Origin: Vezdaea acicularis | Lineage: Eukaryota | Assembly: GCA_026025075.1 (NCBI GenBank) | Contig: JAPEUI010000104.1 | Coordinates: 1 to 55,015, forward strand | Length of the DNA stretch: 55,015 bases | Direction: 5' to 3' | Shown: positions 22,885-35,290 of the stretch, in pieces | How the letters are laid out: every line of letters starts with the position of its first letter | Position numbering within the stretch: the stretch's first letter is position 1 | The notes under the pieces: model-generated | Told to the model about the DNA's origin: nothing | The model's database searches: none | The model's input: only the letters and a program-made list of their open reading frames with translations | Position numbers and translations under genes: made by a program

Positions 22885-24469
22885 CTAACTGCTTGCTGTA
22901 CTTGGTTGCATTGACATTCCTGGAGGCGCATTGGTGGTTCTCTTCTTTTCCTTCTTTGCCCACCTCACTACATCACACCAGGTTAGGCAATCCACACCAG
23001 TATGAAGAAGAATGTACTCACATCCACAAGCGTTGCATAGAGTTTTCGGTCCATTCGGACCCTTCCTCCACTCTGGACTATCAAGCGTGCCACAGTCAGT
23101 ACACACATACTCATCAGCCATTTTCACTTTCTTCTTCTTATCTCCGCCACTTCGGTTCTCTCTATCAATCGGAATAGCGATTCCAGCGTCCCCACGAATT
23201 AAATTGGGACTTTCTGCTCCTGTACTCAGGCCCTGTGCGCGCTCACCCTCCCGATATTTTAGGCCTGTGATCATCTCAATCGTTTCAATATGCGTGGCAC
23301 CCTCGTATCGTGCCATCTTGTCGCTAATGCTGTCTGGCTTTGAGGAGGCGTTCGCCTCGTCCAGGTTTTGACGGGTGAGCTGGGCATTGGCTGTGCTGGG
23401 TTTTGCAGGTGGAGGCATGGCAGCATAATCTTGCGATTGCGCGGACGGCGAAAGGGAAGTTGAGACGGGTGTTTGGCCAGAGTCCGTTGGAAGTGTCTCC
23501 GAGGGTGTGACGCTCCCACCGTCCTGTTTCTTCTTGAGATGTGCCTTCTGAGCCTCAATCTCTTCTTGTTCCTCATACTTTAGGTCTGCAATCTTTTTCG
23601 TCAGACGTTCGTTCTCGATTTTATGCTCCAAGAAAGAATCGAGAAGCGCTGAGTTCTTGGTCGGATATGGGCGCGCCATCATGAAGAAACCACGGCAGAA
23701 GCCGGCACCACCGCCTCCACCATACGTGGCGGCTTCTGATGTTAAGTGAGGGTGCCCATGAGATTCGAAGATAGTATAAGTCCCATCACTTTTGCGGAAG
23801 CGGTAGAAAAAACGGAGAGAATTGCCCGACGAGATGGACTCGTTGAATTCGCGCATGAAAAGCGGACTGTCATCAGGATGAATGAAGCTCATTATGAACT
23901 TGCCCACTAGCTCGTCTTGAGCATGTCCTGTGAGCGATTTCGCAGATTGAGACACGTATAGGATCCGGCCATCTGGAGTGAGGATGTGAAGAAAGTCTTG
24001 GAGCTCTTCTAGAACCCGCTGTGACCAATTCCTCCGTTTGGTAAACTCCGTTAACGTACTGCCTCCCCCAATACTAGCCTGAACTCCAAAGCCAGTCGGC
24101 AGAGGTCCAGCGCCCGCTCCGGTCATGTTATTATCTGCCATTACGATAGCGTTACTGGAATCCTCTGCGGCTTGCGCATGCTGATTGTTCGAAGACTGTG
24201 CAACCACCGGAGAATAACTTTGGGCGTCGGGACCTTCGTCTAGATTCACATCCATAGGAAGCATGTCGAGGTCTCCCATACCGTTCATAATGTCCACTCC
24301 GTTTTGATCCATCAAGCCTTGCATTGCTGCGTCGACGCCGCTCAGGGACATCTTGAAACCTGTTAGTTCATTTTCGAAGAAAGCGCCTGTGAGAGAGCTA
24401 TACATCGTTTCCTAAACCATGATTCATGCCATCAGCACCCATCACGGTATCGTCAAACATGCCATCCAT
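22885..24469 (-). CDS. wc-2: White collar-2 / LreB (PAS domain plus GATA zinc finger); 3 exons
   Basis: [37 protein letters not shown] (PAS), [24 protein letters not shown], and the GATA finger [32 protein letters not shown] split by an intron. Likely ATG at 24469 with intron 24417-24360. Confidence 0.93.
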
Positions 24470-24896
24470 GATTGTAGCTCGTTCAAGCACAAATACGGTT
24501 GAAGGTATTTATCTGCTCAAAGCTTTGAAAAATATGTCATTACCGGAGCAAGAGCTCAGCTTCCATGACATTAAATTAAACACACAGTGGCAAGATCCTA
24601 AAAGAGTCTAGATCGCATTGTGGCCACTGCTTTCGACCGAGTCTATGAAAGTAGAGGCGAACCCCACCACGTGAGTTCGCGGAAAGGCCAGGGGCGTCTG
24701 AGAAGCGAGAGGCGTGTTCGCGAAGGCCTAACGCGCTTAGAGCCATTTGGCTGTTCTTCCAGGCAACAACACTCTTCGTAGCGTGTTCAGTCCCTTCATG
24801 TCGGAGTGAGGTAGCTTGAGGGCTCCTTTTCATGGTAGCGTGAATGTATCTCAGTCTCAATCTCAGTTGAGAGAAGTCAGCTCGTTCTGAATAAAT

Positions 24897-27800
24897 ATGT
24901 GAGAGGCTCTTTGATCCGTAGCTACCCCCCAGCCTGACTTGATTGAATTCGTAGGTGTAAGTGCCAGAAAGGAAACCGACCAACAGCGCCTTCAACTCAG
25001 TCTAGATTGTTAACATTAACATCATGCTGTATAGCTAAAATAGATAAGCTTGCCATCCTTGGGTACGGCCACTACGCTACTCTCAATAGCTAAAGGTCTA
25101 ATCACGTGCCGGGTTAGGGTGCGATCTTTTGACAATATAAGAAGTGAGACCATCCAGTTTCATGCGCCTTTGACACTGATTGTTGGCCACAATGGATCCG
25201 GAAAGACGGTTTGTAGAGCCCTTCACAAGGAGTGATTCGATTCTAACTGAAAAGGTAGACTATCATTGAATGCCTCAAATATGCTACCACCGGGGACCTC
25301 CCGCCAAACAGCAAAGGGGGTGCGTTCATCCATGACCCTAAGGTAAGGTATGACTCAAAAATATACATGATCATGTGTCTGACCCCCAACATAAAGCTGT
25401 GTGGAGAGAAGGAGGTACTGGCACAAGTCAAACTCTCATTCAAGGGGACCTCTGGCGCGAAGATGGTCGCCACTCGCAGTCTTCAGTTGACAGTGAAAAA
25501 GGCAACACGTGTACAAAAGACTCTCGAGGGTCAACTTCTTATGATCAAAGATGGAGAGAGAACATCTTTGTCCTCACGTGTAGCAGAATTGGACCAGATT
25601 ATGCCACAGTATCTTGGAGTCTCAAGGGCGGTTTTAGACTCCGTGATCTTTTGCCACCAAGACGAAAGCTTATGGCCGATGAGTGAACCCTCAGTGCTCA
25701 AAAAGAAGTTTGACGAGATCTTTGAAGCCCTCAAATATACGAAGGCGATTGATAACATCAAAACTCTAAGGAAGAAGCAGAACGAAGAGCTCGCAAAGCA
25801 TCTAATTAATGAAGGCCATGCGAAGGTTGACAAAGATCGTGCAGACAAGGTATGAAATGTGCAATCGATATATACGCAGAGATCCTCTAACAATGAATCA
25901 GGCAGAGAAAAGGTCGCAAGAATTATCACAAGAATTAGATGTACTAAGGGGTGAGGTTGAAGCGCTGACCACCGAAATCAAGGCAGCTACAGCCGAGATG
26001 GACCACCTTTTCAAGCATGCTGCCGGGTTCGAAAAAGTGATCGGGACGTTAAGTGGCAAACGTATCGCAGCTCAGACTAAGAGAGAAAGTATCCAACGAG
26101 CTCGACAGTACATGAAAGAAATGAATGAGTCAGATGACGTACTCACGGCACGTCTCGAAAAGTACGAGGAAATGGTTGCTACCTGTCAGCAGCAGGTGGT
26201 ATCTCAAAAGGTGCAGTATACCACTATCATCGACCAAGTGGAGCAGACTCGCCACCAGCTTAGTATGAAGTTAAGTGAGAAGGGTAAATTTGAGTCGGAG
26301 AAGGATAACCACGAGCGCCAGCTTGCGAAGCGTAAATCCCTAGTGACAGAGACAGCACGAAGACATAAGATCCGAGGTTTCGAAACCGACTTAAATGATG
26401 ATTTGATTCGCGGATTTATGGAAAAGATTGGGAAGCTTCTTCGTGAGCAAAAGCTAAATCTCGAGAAGACAAGGCAAACTACTCGAGAAGAACTTCAAGA
26501 AGCCCAAAATGAGTTGACGCGGCTAAGAGAGCAAAAATCCGTTATTCTACAGGCGAAAGACTATGCAAAACGGGAGATTACGTTAAATGACCGTAAAATT
26601 CTTAGTTTCCAGCACGAGATGAACTCAATTGAGTTCGATGAAGGCATGAAGTCAGTTTTCGACACTGCAGTAGATGACATTCACGACCAACTACGGAAAG
26701 CGAAGAAGGTATTCGATGATTCGAGGTGGGACCAAAACATTACTGAGTCAACCAAGCGCCTTGAGGAAGCAGAGGTGGAACATGAAAAGCTCAACCAAGA
26801 ATTAGTGCAAAGCATCCGTCATGCAGGAAACGCGGCTAAAGCGCAATTCTTACAAAAGGAGCTCAAGGACCGACAAAAAAGCCTCGACACGATGATTGCA
26901 GCACACGGGGAAAAGATTGCCCAAGCAGTCGGTTCAAATTGGGAGCCAGCAACTTTGGAACGTTCCTTTTCATCAATTCTAGGTCAAAAGCGTGAGGAGA
27001 CTCAGAGTGCCGTGCGACAGAGAGACGGCACCGACCGGGAGCTAGAACAGCTAGATTTCAAGCTTTCTACGAGCCATGCGACGTTGAAACGAATGCATAT
27101 GGAAATGGCGTCATGTGAACAAAAAGTTAGAGAGGCTACTGATGATGGTCCGGATGAATACGAAGGCGTCGTTTCCCAACTAGAGCGAGATCGCGACGTG
27201 TTAAAAGCAGACTTTGATAGCTTCAAGAACTTGAAGGACTATTTCACAAAGTGCAAAGCTACTGCAGAAGAGAACAGCGTGTGTCGACTATGCACACGCC
27301 AATTCAAGAATGAGAAAGAAATGGAGAGGTTCATCAAGAGGCTTGATGAGCAGATCATGAAGAGCGCACAACAAACAGCCTCGGACGAGCTGAAGGAAAT
27401 AGAAGAGGAGTTGAAGCGTGCTAGGGAAGCACGACCAAGCTTCGATGTTTACGTGAGGTTGTCAAAATGGGAGATTCCAAAGGTTGACAGCGAACTTAAG
27501 GACCTCCAAATCCAGAGGGAAAATGTTTTACGACGAATTGAGAGTCAAGACAAGAGCGTCAGTCACGCTGAAGCTTCTAAATCTGACGTCGAGAGTCTCA
27601 CCAAAACCGTTCAAATCATTTCTAAATACTTCACTGAAATTGTTTCCTTCCATAATCAAGCCAAGGAGCTCGCTATGGATCATGATAGCTCCATCTCAAG
27701 GTCCGTCGATGATATTGAAAAGGAACAAAGCGTTGAAAAGGAGAAAATTGCTAGCGTGAGAGCCATGTTACAAAAAGTAACCGCTAAAAGAGATGAATCT

Positions 27801-29199
27801 CAAACTCAGATCCACAAACTTGAGCTCGAGCTTAGAGATCAAGAGACAAAACTGTCCACTGCGACCTATCAGCTCGACAAGAAACGCGATCTCGTCTCTC
27901 GTGTTGATGAGTTACGGATGGCGAGCAACACACAACATATGAAAATAGAAGAAGCTGATAAGAAATTCGAGGAACTCGCTCCCAAATCTTTGAACGCGCA
28001 AGCCAAGTATGACGATGTCTATCAACGAGGTACTGAAAAGGAAAACCAACAACAGAGAGAACTCTCAAGCCTTTCTGATAGCGTCTATCAGCTCGACCAT
28101 GCCGACCAGGAGATCAATGGGTACATTGAGAGGGGAGGTGCTCACGAGCTATCACGATGTGAGGAAGATATTCAAAAGCACAGCCAAGTCATCAGACAGC
28201 TCGAAAAGGAGCTAAATGAGATAGCAACTGAGGTGAAGGTGATCGAGTCGAACTTGAGCCAAAGCGAAGAGACAAAGCGGGCAATTGGTGAAAACTTGAG
28301 ATTTCGAGAAGACCAGAGAGACCTCCTGTTCCTCACTAACGAGATCGCCGACCTTGAAGCCCAAAATGCAGAAAGAGACCGCGCCCGCTTCGCACACGAA
28401 GCAGAGAAGATGGGCTTCAGAGTCCAAACTCTCAGTGCAGATCGGTCCAGCAAGATGGGGACCATGAAGTCTAAGGACGATGAACTAAGACGGCTCGTCA
28501 AGGAGTGGGAAACAGACTATAAGGACGCGGCTCAGAATTTTAAGAAGGCGCACATCATGGCAGAGACGACCAAGGCCGCTGTTGAGGACCTAGGCCGATA
28601 TGGTAGTGCACTTGACAAGGCAATCATGGCTTATCACAGTCTCAAAATGGAAGAGATCAACAGGATCATCCAGGAGCTGTGGCAAAAGACGTACCAAGGA
28701 ACGGATGTAGATGGTATTCTTATAAAGAGCGACAATGAGACCGCGAAGGGGAATAGGAGCTATAATTACCGGGTTTGCATGGTCAAACAGGATGCAGAGA
28801 TGGATATGAGGGGGCGGTGCAGTGCAGGCCAGAAGGTTTTGGCTTGCATAATCATCAGACTGGCACTGGCTGAGTGCTTTGGTGTTAACTGCGGTGTGCG
28901 TAAACCTCCTTCCTCTTTAGTCCCTCTTCTCTTACCTGACGTGATACCAGCTTATTGCTCTTGATGAACCAACCACAAATCTTGATCGAGACAATATTCG
29001 GGCACTTGCAGAGTCGCTCCACGAGATCATCAAAACCCGCCAAGCACAGTCCAATTTCCAGCTAATAGTCATTACGCACGACGAGGAGTTCTTAAGAAAC
29101 ATGAAGTGCGGCGACTTTGCGGACACGTATTATCGCGTCAGTAGGAACGAGAGGCAGAAAAGTCAGATTGAGAGACAGGGCATTGGCGGTGTTATCTAA
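24897..29199 (+). CDS. RAD50: DNA repair protein Rad50 (MRN/MRX complex); multi-exon
   Basis: [15 protein letters not shown], Walker [10 protein letters not shown]-loop VIFCHQDES, long coiled coil, zinc hook CRLC, signature [10 protein letters not shown], Walker [13 protein letters not shown] and VITHDEEF. Stop TAA at 29197-29199. The start position is inferred (see findings). Confidence 0.95.
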
Positions 29200-29714
29200 G
29201 TAATGGCGCTGATCTTAAACTTGCTCATTCAACGCGAAAAAGACGGGGATTGTTGACTAACGTTTCATGCTATGGTGGTCCCACTAGCCATCACAATAAT
29301 TTTCGTTGTAACCTAGGGAAGGTATTCACGGATGGGCTGAGCTATTTTCTCTTTGAAGGGATATCTAAAAGGAAGAGCATAACGAAGGGACGCAATTTTG
29401 CAAGTTTACTGGAGCACATAGCGTTACTAGACTATAGATCTGATCCCATAGCTTTGCAACGGTTGGTCTTTGATTCGTCTCGCATAGCACGGTCAATGGT
29501 AGAGGCTGCGGACCATGGCGGACAATGGGACTTGTCATTAGATGTGTACTCGCTTCCTTTCGGTACCAAAGAGTGGTGAGATTTCACTTGAATATTGCTT
29601 GCTTTCAGGGCGTGCTCAACACCTTCTGTACTCAATACAACCATGATATACACTTGCTCTGTATGTACAGACCAATACCCGTAAACGGTTACTTCAGTTT
29701 CCGAAATAGGTTCC

Positions 29715-30540
29715 TCATGCAGTCCAAACCCTTTTGACAGCCTCAGTGATACCTACATCGTTAGTCTCAAATTCATATAAACCAACCGCAACCAAAAGCG
29801 TTGCAGCTCGAAGACCCCATCCAGCTGCTAGGCGGCTTTTTGGAACACGTTTTTCGGGTAAGTAGTCAATGATTATAGACCTGGGATTGTTAGAGGTGTA
29901 TTTGAGTAACGCGTATTCATTTAGTTTGCTTACTCGAACCCAATATGCGAATGGATTATAAGTAGAGCGCACAGCAGAGCATCTGTCGAAGGGTTAAGAG
30001 ACCCCGTGGCAAATGGTACTACTGTCAACGGAACGAGGCCTGCCGCTACTAATCTGGGGAGGATTATGAGATGAAGAACCAAGAGTCCTTGTAGGGCGTA
30101 CTTTACCTCTCGAAAGTCCAGTGGTAGCTTCCGTGAGTTGGAGAAGGCGGAGGAACGGGTACGGGGTCATTTGCTAATGTCATCGTCAATAATTCAAGCT
30201 GATTAGATATCTGCTTAGGGGAAAAGACGAATTAACATACCAGTACCCTCGATTTTTTCTGTTATACATCTTTTTAGTAACTTTCCAAGATAAGTACAAC
30301 TTACGGCGACTTACGCGGTAATACTGGTAGGATCGACTGTCGGCTGCTAGCATGAAATGCTGTGACCCTATTTTGAAGACACATTTTCTGGTAGAAACAC
30401 GCTAGTGAAGACGTTCTCAAGGGCCTAGAGTCTAATGTTCGTAGCAATGACGCTGACGTCGAATATGCAGACGATTTATGGGAAGGCGATTTAATAAGGC
30501 GGGCCTGCCGCGCCAATGCTGGTCGAACGATGGTTGTCAT
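29715..30540 (-). CDS. SDH4: Succinate dehydrogenase cytochrome b small subunit (CybS/Sdh4); 5 exons
   Basis: Arg/Ser-rich presequence from ATG 30540. The spliced product reads LPQKIEGTANDPVPVPPPSPTHGSYHWTFER...HSHIGFE...IIDYLP...GLYEFETNDVGITEAVKRVWTA. Confidence 0.9.
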
Positions 30541-30860
30541 GTCTGTAATTACTTTTAAGGGTCCAACTTTGAGGTTGAGGCTGGGTTTCAAAGGAGGTAG
30601 TTGGATTATCAAAGTGGTTAAGTATCACCTCGGCCAAGTGCTTTCGGCAATCAATACAACGACACCGATTGGCTACAGGGTAGCCCGGGAATGAGCAAAA
30701 TGAGTGCTGTACGCTACGCCCAACCATACTCAACGATACTCAAGCAAAATCTTCGAGCGCCGCTCAAATCTACATCACTCGCTCAACCTCGATCTAGCAT
30801 TGTTGGAGCTTCACGGGTCGGTTCCGCAAGTCCCTCTACACTTTTCTTTTAACAATTGCC

Positions 30861-32571
30861 ATGGCGTCAAGACGGCTTGCCTTGAACTTGAGGCAAGGCC
30901 TCAGAAATCGCGCCGCTCTTAATTCCATCTCGCCATTGAGAAGAGGCCTTGCGACGCCCGTGAGCGGTTCTCCTGGCGTAGCAACTGAGAGCACCACTCT
31001 TTCGAATGGCTTGACTGTGCGTTCCAGCTTATCTCGCCCACACCAAAAGAAGGCTTACGAGTTCTGATAGATCGCGACCGAGCACTCGCCATGGGCACAA
31101 ACATCGACTGTCGGTGTCTGGATCGACGCTGGAAGTAGAGCCGAGACAGATAAGACTAATGGAACGGCACATTTCCTAGAGCATCTTGCCTTCAAAGTTG
31201 ACCCTTTCCTGACCCTTTTCGGACGTAGCCCTGGCTAATGCGATAGTCAGGGGACCCAAAACCGTACACAGCACCAATTAGAGCTCGAGATTGAAAACAT
31301 GGGCGGTCATTTAAATGCATACACATCAGTAAGCATGAACATGGGCAGGCGTACGTATAGCACATCTAATGTTACATAGCGCGAAAACACAGTCTACTAT
31401 GCCAAGTCCTTCAACTCTGACGTTCCCGCCACTGTCAATATCCTTTCCGATATCCTGCAAAACTCGAAGTTAGAGCCGCAAGCGATCGAGCGAGAACGGG
31501 ATGTCATTCTTCGCGAGCAAGAAGAGGTTGATAAACAGCTAGAAGAAGTCGTCTTCGATCATCTGCATGCAACAGCATTCCAGGGGCAGCCGTTGGGTCG
31601 GACAATCCTTGGGCCCAAGGAAAATATTTTGAGCATTCAAAGGGACGACCTGGTTGGTTACATTAAGCAGAATTATACGGCAGACCGAATGGTTCTCGTT
31701 GGAGCAGGAGGTGTTCCACATCAACAGCTAGTGGAGCTGGCAGAGAAATACTTTGCAAAGCTTCCGACTGAGCCACCAACCTCGACTTCGTCGGCCATCG
31801 CCGCTGCCCAGAAAAGAACGCCAGACTTCGTTGGATCAGAAGTTCGAATCCGTGACGACACTATCAATACTGCAAATATTGCCATCGCCGTCGAGGGCGT
31901 CAGCTGGAAAGATGATCAGTATTTCACCGCTCTCGTCACGCAAGCAATCGTTGGCAACTGGGACAAGGCAATGGGCAATTCTTCGCACCTCGGCAGCAAA
32001 CTCAGCTCATTTGTCAACAAGCACAATCTTGCTAACAGTTTCATGAGCTTTTCGACAAGTTATAGCGACACTGGGTAAGATGATCTCATCCGAAGCTACG
32101 TTGAAAACGCTCTAACGCACACTGCAAAGCCTTTGGGGAATCTATCTTGTGACTGACCAACACACTCGTATCGATGATCTTGTTCACTTCACCCTCCGAG
32201 AGTGGTCCCGCTTGTCTTATAACGTTTCCGAAGGAGAAGTGGAGCGCGCTAAAGCCCAATTGAAGGCGTCCATTCTCCTTTCGCTGGACGGCACCACTGC
32301 TGTAGCCGAAGATATTGGACGCCAGATCGTTACAACCGGTCGACGTATGGGTCCTGAGGAGGTTGAGAGAGTAGTAGGGAGCATCACAGCGAAGGATGTC
32401 ATGGAATTCTCGCGGAGCAAGCTATGGGATCAAGATGTCGCTATCAGCGCTGTTGGAAGCATCGAAGGACTACTGGATGTAAGTCCCCAATCTTTTACTC
32501 CACTCAATTAATCATCTTCTAATACGCAGCAGTATAACAGGATCAGGAACGATATGAGCAGGAATGCATAG
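30861..32571 (+). CDS. MAS1: Mitochondrial processing peptidase beta subunit (M16 family); multi-exon
   Basis: Presequence [22 protein letters not shown]; zinc motif [40 protein letters not shown]. Last exon [12 protein letters not shown]. Confidence 0.93.
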
Positions 32572-32793
32572 AGTTAGAGCGAGGATGTAGACTAGCGCAG
32601 GGGTGGCATACAAATGTCGAAAACCGCCTTTGCCACTTTGTATCTATATTAGAAGTTAAAAGATGTGTTATCTCTGCTATGCTTGGAAATGCAAAAAACG
32701 TTGAAAATGACCCTCTCCACAATAACATGTGGCTAGCTAGCGAAACTGGGAGCCGCTCCGAGGTGCATTAGCCTCGCAGCCCCTCGCATAATT

Positions 32794-33327
32794 ATGCTTC
32801 CATTCAACATCACAACAAACCCCGCCATGGCGCCCCGAAAGGCTCACCCATCCAAGCTATCAGCAAATGCCACTCCTCCGTCGTTCGAGTCTATGGCTGG
32901 CATAAAGTCTTCAAACACCACTCCACCACCCCTCGAAGCCCAAACCAGCATGCAGCCCGAACTCGCGACTCCTCCATCGAGCGAAACCAAGCCAGGCATG
33001 CAGTCTCCAGCCGCCACGCCTCCCTCCACGGACAGTGCCCAAGGGACCCCCAAGAGCCGTTCTAGTCTCGAAAAGCCCCGCCTCACCGACAAGGAAAAAA
33101 AAGCCAACCACATCGCCTCGGAGCAGAAACGGAGACAAGCCATCAGACATGGGTTTGACAGACTCACCGAACTCGTGCCTGGACTCGAGGGCAAAGGAAG
33201 AAGCGAACAAATCGTCTTGAAGAATACTGTCGACTATATGAGGAAGACGGTCGAAGATAGAAAGAGACTCATCGCTGATGTTGAGGCGAAAGGGGGCGTG
33301 GTGTCACCTGAGCTAAGGAACTTTTGA
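32794..33327 (+). CDS. bHLH transcription factor (Ino4/Mlx-like)
   Basis: Intronless ORF with KANHIASEQKRRQAIRHGFDRLTELVPGLEGKGRSEQIVLKNTVDYMR. The start could instead be the second in-frame ATG (MAPRK). Confidence 0.85.
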   Translation: MLPFNITTNPAMAPRKAHPSKLSANATPPSFESMAGIKSSNTTPPPLEAQTSMQPELATPPSSETKPGMQSPAATPPSTDSAQGTPKSRSSLEKPRLTDKEKKANHIASEQKRRQAIRHGFDRLTELVPGLEGKGRSEQIVLKNTVDYMRKTVEDRKRLIADVEAKGGVVSPELRNF

Positions 33328-33751
33328 CAGGGGTTTTTTTTGGAGGGGTTTGGGGTTATCCATTACTATACAACTTGGGTTTGATGCATGGTGAAATTCA
33401 CTTCTTGCATGTTCCAACGTGCGTCGCTCTGGTTTACTTTGCTAGCAGGGACGTGGCTAATAAGTTTTCATAGCAGAATGACGGGCTTACGGCGATAATT
33501 GGTAAACAAAAGTTCATAGAAACAGCAAGGCTTTACCCGCGAGGGGACGATACTAGCAGCAGCAAATAATACAGCTTAATGGCCGACTTTCTTTCTTATA
33601 GACTACATTAGATCTGCCACAGCCTGTCAAAGGCCCCCATTAATTGATACTCCATCTTTCGTTGTTGCTTCGTCCCAAGCCGAACGCCAATAACTCCGTG
33701 GTGGTTTTGCGTGTGCCTGTCACTTACGCAAGTGATAGCTATGTACGCCAT

Positions 33752-34671
33752 TCAATCTTCTTCATCAGGTTCCCCGAAGTCTTCGTCTATGTCATCTCCC
33801 CTCACCAAGACTTTCTCTATCATCTGCAAAGTTGCTCTCAGAGGTAGACCTACAACATTATCGAAGGACCCTTCAATCCTCTCGATCAATAGTGTACCCA
33901 TCCCTTGGATACCATAGCCCCCAGCCTTGTCCGCGCCCTCCCTTGTCTTCACGTATGCCATAATGAGCTCGTCCGTCACTTAAACTAAATTAGCAGTGCA
34001 TTCTTTCCCTGGAGAACCACCGTGAGCACCTACCATTGTGATCAAATCTGACTAGAGTCTCCTCAGTACACGTTTCCAAGGCGTAACCCGGCGCCTTTGC
34101 ACTCTCCAGCGGCGCCATAACCACAACGGCCGTGAAAACCTTATGAAGTGGGTCATCCCGCAGCGTCTTCAGCATCGCAACGTGTTCCTGCTCCGACCGG
34201 GGCTTCTCCATGATCACCCCAAGATGTGAGACCACGATCGTATCTGCGGCGATAACAAGCGCCGGCTCATCGAGTGCTGGGTTGTTGATCTCTTGCTGGT
34301 AGACAGTCATGGCCTTTTGCGTCGCTGTCTCTAGGACATACTCGAAGGGAGCGAGAGACTTCGGGAAGGCTTCGGGAACGGTAGAGGGGATGATTTGGAT
34401 GTTCGTGAGACCTATCTATAGCAATTGACTTTAGATATGATACTGACGGACAGTGTAAGATAAGGCTAACCTGCGCCAGTAGCTGCCTTCGTCGTGGAGA
34501 GGCGGAGGCAAGAACTACCCGTTTCCCCTTCAGCATATTCAACGACGGCAGATCGAGTGGGAGTGGCGCTCTTAGCCGCGCAGACGCGCCTGCGGGCGCA
34601 ATTGGCTTTGCCGCCGTCTCATAGGACGGAGGAGGCTCCGAAGGCGTGCTTTTGTATTTTGTGTCTGCCAT
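33752..34671 (-). CDS. Maf family nucleoside-triphosphate pyrophosphatase (ASMTL/YhdE-like); 3 exons
   Basis: [27 protein letters not shown] and [10 protein letters not shown]...[13 protein letters not shown] lie in three ORF pieces separated by introns. ATG at 34671. Confidence 0.9.
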
Positions 34672-34823
34672 ACTGGGCGGTAGTTGCCCCAACGTGGCTG
34701 TCTATTTCATAGCGAGATGGCGATGAATGCAAGCGGACAAAAACGTTCAGGCGCCGGAAAATAGAAATGCCGTGCAAAGCCTCGGGTGGACTTCGCGTGC
34801 CGAAGCCCGGTCAGATTTTGGTC

Positions 34824-35067
34824 TTACGTCAACTTCACGCTTCCTTTCCCTATGCGCCAACGTCTGATGCCTACCCCTGCTAAGTCCCTGTAGACAAGGG
34901 CTGGCCCTACAGTGCTTTCATCACAATTGCAAGTGTCGTCCGACTGGCTGCGGCCTCTTTCCGGATAAACTTATCTACTGGGTCCTTGCAGATAAACTTT
35001 GGAGGCCGGGATGACGTACTCAACCTCTAACTTTACAACTGCCGAGGCTTTCCGAATTTCTATATAA
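34824..35067. promoter_or_regulatory. Divergent Maf/reductase promoter with CRE-like, GATA and TATA elements
   Basis: TTACGTCA at 34824-34831, TGACGTA at about 35012, GATAA/TTATC at about 34964, 34971 and 34991, TATATAA at 35061. Confidence 0.35.
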
Positions 35068-35290
35068 CATGGGAAAGGGTGCGCGAAAGAAGAAGATACC
35101 TTATTGATTGCGCTCGAGACCTATTCTCCTTCATCTCTCTACATTGTAGAGGAACTAATTGTTTCTGTCATTGCAGGCGATTGTTTAGATATCTCTAATC
35201 AACCTCTCCTGGTTTCTTAAACCTTTCCCCGCCTCCAAAATCCGCCCCTACATTTGAAGCTAGCTCGAGCTTCCTCCAATATCTCACAAG

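Noticed and set aside
32527..32532. CAGCAG tandem acceptor in the last MAS1 intron
   Set aside because: It would add only one Gln; this is common and there is no evidence of use.
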